DNA of 64,000 nucleotides from contig OX597832.1 of assembly GCA_951406725.2 (NCBI GenBank), positions 3,658,001 through 3,722,000 on the forward strand. The letters run 5' to 3'. This DNA is from Octopus vulgaris (taxonomy: Eukaryota). Positions 53,900 to 64,000 of this stretch are shown here, piece by piece. The notes under the pieces are model-generated. The model was not told the origin of the DNA, did no database searches, and was given only the letters and a program-made list of their open reading frames with translations. Numbering within the stretch: the stretch's first letter is position 1; each line of letters opens with the position of its first letter. The position numbers and the translations under genes were made by a program.

Positions 53900-54476
53900 T
53901 GTGTGTGTAATGTATGTTTGAATGTATATATGCATGCATGCCGGGGTATGTATTATATAGAATATATAACTTGTTGATTCGTGTTTTTGTTCTACCGAAA
54001 CCTTTTCGTTGTTCAAAAATGTCATTGCGTATCTTCCATAATTGTCTTGAAACTTTCCTTTGTGCCTCTCCCTGTTTAACTGTTTCTCTCCCCCTCTCTC
54101 CCCCTCCCTCTCCTTTCTCATTCTCCTCGCCATTCATCTACTAGCTTTCACCTAGGGCAAATCTAGGGATGCCAATCTGAAATAAAATCTTTCTTTGATC
54201 ATCTTCATTTCCTCCCATCCTCAACAATTAATCACTATTAATTAAATTAATTATTTACATACAACTTGCAGTTTGTTGATGTATATTTTGTCTCCTCAAA
54301 AAATTGCTTTTGTTTTTTGAAAGTCTCATATTTTTATTTTCTCTCCTTGTCCAAATGTTCTCTCTTTCTCTCATTTTCTTTCTCTCTCTCCCCCTCTCCC
54401 TCTCCATTTCTTTTTCTGTATACATAGATTCACACACTGACACAGACACACACACACACATCAATATGTATGTGTG

Positions 54477-54519
<43 letters not shown>

Positions 54520-54534
54520 ATGTATGTATGTATG

Positions 54535-54580
<46 letters not shown>

Positions 54581-54626
54581 AGACGTTATCCCATAGAGGG
54601 TTGCATTTACAACCCCTATCTCAATT

Positions 54627-54688
<62 letters not shown>

Positions 54689-55168
54689 CATACATATATA
54701 TATATATATCTTTTTCACCCATTTAACTACCGTTTTTTCACCAACACTAGACCTTGACGTGCCAAACTAAATCAAAGCTTTCTTTGATCTGCTTGGTGTT
54801 AACACATCATCACAAATTATTATCCATTAATTGAATTAATTATTTTTTAAGACATATAACTTGATATACATTTTGTCCCACTGAAATCTTTTTGTACCTC
54901 AAACACACCATATGTGCTCCTCAGTAGTTCCCGTGCTACTAGTTTCCCAACCGTTCATTGTGATGCACTCCACTGGCAGTTAGTGCTTTTCATACTTGCA
55001 TGCATGCATATTATACCGCTGTCATCTTCCCTTCTCTACACTCCATGACACCTATACCCATATGCTTTTTTCTAAGTTTCAGTGTCTATAGTCGAGTCAT
55101 AAATATTAAACACCATTTGAGTTTACTTTATGTACGTATGTATCTGTGTATGTATGTACGTATGCACG

Positions 55169-55204
<36 letters not shown>

Positions 55205-55405
55205 CACACATACATACATACATACATACATACACACACACAAACCAGTGCAACCGAATACCCGGCCATCGGTGACTAAACCGGCAACCCCGCCCGGCTG
55301 GGTTGGGTTGTTGGTGATTTTTGGACGCCCTGCGGCTTTTAAAAACAATACTTGTCAAAGAACGACGGAAGTCAAGATAGTCAACGACCATCCAATAAGT
55401 TTATG

Positions 55406-55494
<89 letters not shown>

Positions 55495-55559
55495 GTTTCT
55501 GTGTGTAAATGCATATGGGGGAAAGGGGAGCCTAATGCAGAACCAGCGGTGTATGTAAT

Positions 55560-56750
55560 GATTGATAATTAATAGCTTGAAACATGCAGAACGTATTCTC
55601 GTGTTGCGCAAACGTATGTCGCTATTAAAATTTGATGCATTAGTACTTCTTGCAATTTTTGTTTTGTATATATGACTGCAATTCCTGACAGGAGGAAACT
55701 GATCATGGCACTTGATCTTCTTTAGACCCTTTATACTAGAAAATGGGAAATTCACAGAATACGACCTGGTCATTAGAAACATTCTTTCATCTGAGATCGA
55801 TGCACACACTACTTTGGACGCAATGAAGGTCTAAGAACCGGTACTCATTTCACTTTGTAATTGTGCGTCGCCATGATATATAAGATGTGTGTATAGTGCG
55901 TACAGATGTACAGAATGACAACAGACCATCATATGATTTAAACAAAGTTTGAGTTTGTTCTCAGACAAGAAATCTAAAGGAGTTATTAAGTGTTCAAAAA
56001 ACATTGATGCAATCGAACTCAGAGTTGGAATATTTGCTAATGAACTAAATGAAAATTTGGACAATCTGGAGATGGATGGCATATGAAGGGATTTTAAGGA
56101 AATGTTCTACGATGTTGCTTCAACGATTTTGAGTTATAAGAAACGAAGCCATTAGATCTCGTTCGATAATAATGACGTTGAACTTGGGGCAGTTAAAGGA
56201 AAAATGCTTTCTAAACTCTTACAATTAGATATTTTTGTGATTTAGAAATATGTACGGAAAGTACAGTTTGCCTCTGTAAAAGTTATCAAGCAGCATAACT
56301 CTAGACTCACGAAGAATAGCTAGTGGGTAAAAAACTTGTGGAAATTCAAGTAGCGGCATTTAAGGATATTGGTTTCCTGTATGACCCCGATGAAATGTGC
56401 CTCAAAATTCACTCATCACACCCATGGATAATAAAGAAGGATCAAAGTCCATATGGGACACGACTGATACTGCGAGATCCTGGACTGAACACTTCACGGA
56501 CTTTTCAGAAATTCCTCCATTGCAAATGAAGATATTACCAAATCATTTCTTCAAAGAGATGTAGCGTACACCAACATTGGAAGAAATGTAGAAGGTTATC
56601 AAGCAGACGAGAACTGGCATCGGAGACCACTCAGAAATTCTTCTGGAAATGATAATCTAGCTGGTAATATTCGTCGCCTACGAGGTGATGTTTTACAGGA
56701 ATAGCTTGTCTATCAGGACTAGAAAAATGCTATACTGCCAGAGTATGAGA
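55560..56750 (+). mobile_element. Decayed RTE-clade LINE fragment
   Basis: RSKNRY..FVIVRRHD..DV, TDHHMI and FDNNDVE resemble RTE APE and linker motifs (HPRSKHW, TDH, WFDEND). Confidence 0.6.
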
Positions 56751-57214
56751 GCAATGGAAGGAGATGTATGAAAATGGAATGTGTCTAAGATTAGGAATAA
56801 TATTTAAAGAAAAAAATAATCAAAATAATTCCACTTCTATATAAAGAATTCAACATATTTTTAATGTGAATTCAGAACACAATCTCGAACGAAGACTGTG
56901 GTCTGTCGAACAGAGGCAATTTCGTCGTGAGATATAAACGTAGGAATACGGAACAATTTATATATCACGCTATATATTCGCGAAAAATACCATCAAATAT
57001 CTAAATATATAGATGACAGTGAATGTCCTCAGGGATATGTGATCCTGCAGTTAAACCCCTTTTAATATGAGTTTTTAAATTTTTATTTACCAAAGAAGCA
57101 TTAAATATGTAAATCTTAAGAGTTAAAAAATATTAGTTAATTGTAAATAACCGAATTAAATATCAAACCAAGCTGTAGAATAATACAAGAAACCCGCTCA
57201 CATAGATGCAAAGC

Positions 57215-58330
57215 ACATTCCAGAAATTTCGAGACTTTCTCAAAGAAGTACAAAACTAAACTCCTTTAAAGTAGGATCCTCTGACTTTAGTGCGATTGTT
57301 GTAACGCTCCAACTATTTCGCGAAGGCCTCGTGAAAGTCCTTCAAAGTGAAGGTGTCCAGGACCCTTGTCATAACCCTCTTCACCTTCTCTTTCAGCTTG
57401 GGGGACAACCAAAAGTTACGGTTGGCAAGGTCTGGACTGTAGGGAGAGTCTGTCAAGTAGTTGGTTACGAAGATGGAATTGTGGATTGATGTATTGTCCT
57501 GATGCAGGTGTTCTGGATTTTGCGATGAAATATCTTCCTGAATTCTCCCAATACCGCCACAAAGTACTTTCTGTTGACTGTCTGACCAGAGGCACACCAG
57601 TGGAGGTAGATGATGCCCTTGCCTGGTCTTTTGTGTCAGTAAAAACTAATGCTCGGCTCATACAAGTTCATTCATAAGCAGACTGGAGCATTTCATAAGT
57701 TTCTGTAGCATTTTGCCCACGTAGGCGCAGGAGTGGCTGTGTGGAAAGTAGCTTGCTTAAGAACCACATGGTTCCGGGTTCAGTCCCACTGCGTGGCACC
57801 TTGGACAAGTGTCTTCTACCATAGCCTCGGGCCGACCAAAGCCTTGTGAGTGGATTTGGTAGACGGAAACTGGAAGAAGCCCGTCGTATATATGTATAGA
57901 TATATATATATGTATGTGTGTGTATATGTTTGTGTGTCTGTGTTTGTCCCCCCCCCCCCAACGTCGCTTGAAAACCGATGGTGGTGTGTTTACGTCCCCG
58001 TGACTAAGGGGTTCGGCAAAAGAGACCGATAGAATAAGTGCTAGGCTTACGAAGAATAAGTCCTGGGGTCGATTTGCTCGACTAAAAGGCGGTGCTCCAG
58101 CATGGCCGCAGTCAAATGATTGAAACAAGTAAAGGAGTTAAAGAGTAAAAGAGAGTCTAACACAAAACTTCTATTGAATAGCAAACTTCCAAATTGTCCT
58201 CACGTCTCGCCTCCCCCATTCTGCAAACTAGTCAACTGTAACAAAGCAGTGAGTTCAAAGTACTCTTACAGCCAACTCCTTCAATCTGGAATAACAAAAG
58301 CTGGCAGGTGAGCTTATTAGATATGCAGTA
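57215..58330 (-). pseudogene. Mariner relic interrupted by a SINE
   Basis: NATETYEMLQ, HQDN, PYSPDLA and FWL.PKLK; the N-terminal part resumes beyond 58157. Confidence 0.75.
57724..58155 (+). mobile_element. tRNA-derived SINE family A, full length
   Basis: GGCGCAGGAGTGGCTGTGTGG A-box, GGTTCAGTCCC B-box, central (TA/TG)n and AAAGAGT-like repeated tail. Confidence 0.9.
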
Positions 58331-58659
58331 ATGATATACCAAAATTTCAGTAACCTAGGAAAGGTATAACTGCTCTCCTAACAAAAGAAAAAAGTTTCAA
58401 AACTTCTGGACTGCACCTCGCACAATAGATACAAGTAAAAACATGCGCATCCCACATATCATATACTTCATGAACAAAATGCATCATAATTAAAGAAGAT
58501 GAATATATCGCTAACAAACGCTTAAAAAGCACTCTATGTATCACACCTAACCACAAACTAATAGAATATTATTATAAAAACATCAAAATTAAAATATTCT
58601 CAATATCTGCAGGCTACGTAACGTACTTCTGACAACCAAATACAAAGTAATATTTCTTT

Positions 58660-58828
58660 CAAATTTTGACACAAGGCCAGCAGTTTCGAGCGAGATGATA
58701 AGTCCATTACATCAACCTCAGGGTTCAACTGGTACTTATTTTATTGATCCCGAAAGAATGAAAGGTAAAGTCGACCTCAGCGACATTTGAATCCTGAACG
58801 TAAAATCGGACGAAATGCCGCTAAGCAC
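58660..58828 (-). mobile_element. SINE family B, partial
   Basis: Reverse complement of the family B core. Confidence 0.75.
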
Positions 58829-60465
58829 ACTACCTTAAATTACAAAGTAATATTACCAAAGTAATATATATACTCTATTTCTTCTGGGTTAATTGTATGT
58901 GTGTGTGTGTGTGTATGAGGGGAAAGGGGTGAGGTGTTGTACGGGAATGGAACCATTTTTCTCCGTCTGGCTAAACCATAATATGCCCAGAATACTACCA
59001 CCGTAATCCAATATCAAAAATATCCTCTGAAAGCCGTTGCTTGACCCGTAGCAAACAATTCTCCGGCGACAGAAGCAACTATTTTGAAGCTAGAGTCACT
59101 TCATTCTTCCACCCATTGAACTTGTATTACCAAAATTTCAGTCTTTGGAGTGTCGCTTCTTAGTGTTCTACGATTGTTGATGACATCACTGAAATGTCAA
59201 TTATCACTGCCATATTCACCGTCTTGCTGCTAAAGGCCTACCCCGTAAACCTGGACATAGAATCCCTTACTGGATGCTGTCAGCCAGAGCAAACTGGACA
59301 TAGAACACACAACATGCAAAATCGTTACTCTCTGAAGAAGTTAAAATAATACACGCTACACACAACATTGTATTTTTACGAGTCTAACATACAAATGAAC
59401 AGTTAAATTTTGTTTGAAAAATCAAGAAAAAATAGAAGCATGTTCATCTCAATTTTATCCACTTCTACTGCAAGCTGCTATGATTTTTATTTCTATAGTT
59501 AAATTGTGCTAAATATAATGCATTTGAACTGAACACTATTATCAACTTACCTGAGCTCAACAAAAAGCAAATATAATTCTCCTTTATATTCAAACTTCAA
59601 AATTACACTTACAATATCTAATACCAAAACCTGTATGCTAATAGAATATTTGGAAATTAACAAAATAAATTAAGTACGTTATTATTTGCTTGTTTTTCAA
59701 ATTTGTATTTTAAATTTCTCATGGAAAATATACCGTTAAGTATATATGTATCCAACTGAAGATAGGGGACATTTATCGTCATTCTGCTTTTCAAAACTGG
59801 TGAAAAGATAACCACGATTAGTGTTGCCTTTGTTTAAGATACTATTCGAGATCCATGTCTGGCAAAGAATGGCTTCAAGTAATTTTCGGTTATATCGCTT
59901 AGATAGCAGCCCTTGGACGTAACCAATTTTCACCTGTTCGGAAGTTGGGTTCTAACTAGGTCTGACCGAAAGTCGGCGTTCATCATTTCAAAACATCAAG
60001 ATAATGCTTAAGCGTCTGTTTGTCACAACTTAAAGAGAGAATTTGTTAAGAGGAAATCGAAATAAAACTTTTTGTTAGATGTAAAACATTATTTTTCAAA
60101 CACTACATAGAGCTGAACCACAATGTTCTCAGGGCTGAACAAAAGCTTACAATATGTTTTGTTATTATAAGCACGTATGTGTAACACTGGTTATACGTAC
60201 GTAAGAATGTTTTTATTGACAGGTATACAGTATGTTAGTGAGACCCAAGTTGTATTGAAAATGGTTCAGGAGAAAATAACTTTAGGAGGTGAACTTTTGA
60301 AAAAGTAAGTGAAAATGGTGATGGCAACTGCTGCAGTTCGCAAGGTGAGACGGTGATAGCCATGAAGAATGTAAATGTTGCTGGCCCTAATCTGGGAATC
60401 GATGTGTTGTCTCATTAGGTGTTCTTGTATCAAATATCAGATACCGGCTATAAATCCTATATTTA

Positions 60466-60629
60466 AGGTTTTTTCAGTTGCTGTCACAGAAGTTGAAACT
60501 TTAAAATTAAGCGACAATTTTCAAATTTGATATATCGATGCAATTTTTAACACTAAATCAGTACACCAGATTTGAAAATAACTGAGACAAAATTTAAACG
60601 CAAAAACTGACAGCAATAAAAAAGATCCT
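60466..60629. mobile_element. MITE-like foldback
   Basis: AGGTTTTTTCAGTTGCTGTCA / TGACAGCAATAAAAAAGATCCT imperfect inverted ends; related sequence in reverse at ~36720-36807. Confidence 0.5.
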
Positions 60630-62127
60630 CTATTTCTTTTAATTCACATGAATTTCCTTTTCGGTGAATTTTTCTGATATTTGACTTTTACTTCGTTTTG
60701 CGCACACATCCACATACAAATTTATATGCGTACAAACATATACAGATTACAGTATCCGACATTTTTTGCTCTTTACCCAGCAACTTTGCAATCGTGGAAT
60801 ACGTAACAGCAAGATACTAATGTCTCTTCTTCATTCCACTTTTTCACAGACCCACTAGTATGAAAGTTCCCGATATTTTCATTTCTTGCATACTACATTT
60901 GCAGTTGGTGTATACATTTCACAAATCTCATGAGTATCCGTTGCACTTCCATGCCTTTCTGGCCTGTATTCGGCACTTGTTTAATGTTATCTCGGTCCTT
61001 TTACCACGACTTCTTTTTTACCCAGTCTTATTAGTTACCTTACAGCTCAACTAGGTTTTCACTATCCATTCTTTGGTATGAATGAGGCTATTTTCTTGAG
61101 GTACTACACTTGTGGTTTTCTTATACTACATTTTCTTTATAGGCTCCAATAATACAATGTTACAAAACGCATACTAGCAAACCGCTCTACACATCTGGAC
61201 TTATATCAGTGATTTTTTTTTTACTCCAAAGTCTATTTTACTATTAAGCTCAAATTCCTAACATCACTTCTGTCAAATGCACTAATAGCATAATTATCAC
61301 ATTTTGGGGGAACTCGGACACGTTACATATCGGTAGTTCTGTAGTCCTGACTATTCAATTCCCTATATTGCTTATCTCAACAAGTCTTCTCAAACCATCC
61401 ATCATCTTTCGTTGGCATCTCCATCTGGAATACAAGCTGCACTTCCTACGCTATTCCATCCGGCCGTTTTGAAACTTTTCATTTATAGGACCTCAATATC
61501 TTTTATTTTTCACTTGTTTCAGTCACTGGACTGCGGCCATGCTGGGGCTGGTTGCGAAAAATATAAAGTTCTTTTTTTGTCACTTTGTTCGGTGCATCTC
61601 ATTCCACTCATCGTCTTCGCTTGCACACAGTAACTATGTACCACCATATTGGTCAGCTCGTTTCCTGTCGATTTACGAGCAAGACTATCCTTGTAACCAC
61701 AGCAGACTCTCTGCAGAGGAAGTAATGAAGCAGGAGAACTGGTCAGATTTGAAACCCGAACTTGTAGTCCATCGATAGGAACTGTCGGCATATCTGTAAA
61801 ATTCTTTTGAAAACTTCATCTGCACTAGCTTTCTCAAAATTTTACCAACCGAATTTCTTTTGTCAAAGCATGTATGATGCTTGCATACAAATAACACACA
61901 TTACTATGTGTGTCCACAAAACATCCCCACAAGCAACCAATAAAATTACAGATTGTAGATGTCTACAGTGATAAAAGACTACAAATTTCATTTGTCAGAG
62001 AATTTTAGCCGTTCATTTTCCCTGAATATTTCTCTTGGTCCATTGTAACTCGGTGAACCCTCTTTAGCGTTTAATAAAATATGTTTATATTCAGGAAAAA
62101 GCCCCATCTCATATTTAAAAACACTAC

Positions 62128-62190
<63 letters not shown>

Positions 62191-62196
<6 letters not shown>

Positions 62197-63450
62197 ACCA
62201 CAAAAGTAATGTCGCACACATACTAAACAGAAACCGGTTTATTAACAGACTGCTATAACATTGATTGAAGATTGCTAATTAAGAAACCGCTCTGTCCTAA
62301 TGATAAAACTTCAAAACCTGAAACATGTTTGACGTCACATAGTGTCACGTGATGAAAGGATGCCCTGGATCCAAAGAGATGAACTCAATATCTCGTGTGA
62401 TTATCGTTAGCGTTAATTACCGCCAGGCATCTTCTGTACATTGAATGCACCAAATGATTGATGAAGGCCATTGAGATAGAAGCTCACACTCTGTTAAAAC
62501 TTGCAGTGAGTTGTGCCGGATGTCATTTAGCCTTCTTTGGATTTTGTCCCACAGATGATGTATGGGGTTCAAGTTCGGACTTAGGGCAGGTCATGGTAGA
62601 CTCTGGATGTTGTACTGTTAGAGGAAGTCTGTTGCCAACCTGGCAGTATGGGCACGGGCGTTGTCGTGTTGAAACACGTGATTCTGATGACTGGCAAAGT
62701 ATTACACAATGTGAGGCCTCAACACTTGGTCGATGTAGCGAGCAGCGGTTACTCCATTGCCTTGACTTTGGCCGATGTTTTGGAAGACCACGGGTCCAAT
62801 TTTTTTGTTGAGCGCAATCCCGCCTCATACTATTATGCTCTGTCCTTCTCACGAGTTTCTCTCTACCACACAACCATCGGCATAATGTTCACCTCTTCTT
62901 TCCCAAACCCTAGCTCTGCCATCTGGCACAGAAATGCAATATCGAGTATCGTCAGAGAAGATTACGGTCCTCCACTGCTGATATCGCCAGTTCTGACGTT
63001 TTTGAGCTCACTGCAGACGTGCCCGTCAATGACAATCTGTGAGGATGAGGCCCCTAGCCGGACGTCGACAAGAGAGATTGAAATATCTCAGTCGACGGCG
63101 AACTGTCTCAGCACAAATAGGTCTGTGGTGAGTTCCTATGGCCTGCCTAGCTGAATCTGTTGCCCTCCGGAATAGGTCCTGCAAGTGCAGGCAGTGCAGG
63201 TGTCGATCTTGACGTACCGTTGTAACCCTCGGTCGGCCAATGCGTTGATGATCATCCATGTTGTGTGTGGTACTGTATCGTTCTCTCAGCCGCTCAGTTG
63301 TCCGAATACTGCAATTCAAGTCATTAGTGATGACCCATGGACGTTGACCAGCATCGAGACGCCCGATGGCTTGCTTCCTCTGATCTCATGTCAGTCTTGG
63401 CATACTTACTGCGTTCAGGAAACGAATTTATTTTCCACTAACAACCTGAG
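62191..63450 (-). mobile_element. Tc1-family element with full-length but disrupted transposase (62385-63403)
   Basis: MPRLT..., GRPRVTT, TVRRRL, VIFSDDTRY, FQHDNARAHTA, PALSPNLNPIHHLWD, HTRY*; several stops and the catalytic Glu is lost; one TIR-like end at 62191. Confidence 0.9.
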
Positions 63451-63900
63451 TTAAACATAGAAGAGGACTGTACAGGAGAAAACAAGGGGATACATATGAG
63501 GTCAGGGACTTGAACGAATGTTTAAACAATATGATAAATGATAACCCGTAATTAAAAATCAATGACAATAATTCGAATGAATAACAATTAGAAAGGTGGA
63601 ATGGTTCGAACCCACAAACCACATTCCTACGCCGAACCGTTTTGTAGCCTTTTACATGTTCACTCAACCAGGCTCTTTCACTCCCAGCATACGAACCACC
63701 TCCATCTTTTGCCATATTTGCTGGATGGCAGGCATCTCCTCTCCAGCCGTACTTTCCTTCTCAAAGCGATAATATTTTGGACATTCAACACACCACGAGT
63801 TCCTACACAAGACAACCCCGACAGGTGTCGAGGGACTATCAAAGACGTTTGTAGACTGGCGACACCAAAACAATGAACTTTGGTTGCAACACAACAAGGC
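63450..63900 (-). mobile_element. Tx1/L1-like LINE 3' tip
   Basis: LRRKVRLERRCLPSSKYGKRW resembles the C-terminus of the 28600-29715 element (KKKVGVKR.VLPSNKFVERW). Confidence 0.55.
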
Positions 63901-64000
63901 AGGAAATGGTTAGTCTTGTCAAGCCGATCTCTGGACAAAGAGAAGGCACCGAGTTGCTGCTTCTGATGATGCTGATAATACATATACATATATATATGTA

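Noticed and set aside
57724-57800. tRNA-like sequences here and at 13830-13902 and 38400-38472
   Set aside because: They are SINE heads attached to repeated bodies; no complete cloverleaf.
59551-59630. Minus-strand exon candidate (CAG|...CAG|GTAAGT, open frame)
   Set aside because: Splice signals only; the peptide is unrecognised and has no partner exons.
60223-60304. Plus-strand exon candidate as the next convertase exon
   Set aside because: The open frame (IQYVSETQVVLKMVQEK) has no similarity to the S8 catalytic domain.

Overview
AT-rich, repeat-saturated eukaryotic DNA. The microsatellite and SINE/Penelope/R4 landscape looks like a coleoid cephalopod, probably Octopus (inference). One host gene is recognisable: three phase-0 coding exons on + (19700-19888, 20798-20899, 22927-23112) encoding the signal peptide, pro-domain and start of the catalytic domain of a furin/prohormone-convertase (peptidase S8B) protein. 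Its pro-domain cleavage site is R-H-K-K rather than R-X-K-R, and I found no further exon in the remaining ~41 kb. The rest is transposon debris: Tc1 and mariner copies, hAT and piggyBac MITEs, a Merlin relic, Helitron relics and non-autonomous Helitrons, RTE, R4/Dong-like and Tx1-like LINE fragments, a gypsy integrase fragment, three tRNA-derived SINE families and Penelope-like elements (PLEs). The most striking unannotated signal is more than ten type-I hammerhead-ribozyme (HHR) folds, found by eye, in PLE-type foldback or direct-repeat modules sitting in (TA)n/(CA)n tracts. They include U3:A8 core variants, a loop-less stem III variant with covarying stem I, and a TATA - splice donor - HHR cassette shared by two divergent modules. 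Several lie sense to the putative convertase intron. All folds, alignments and element boundaries are manual and approximate. Most provided ORFs are microsatellite artefacts.
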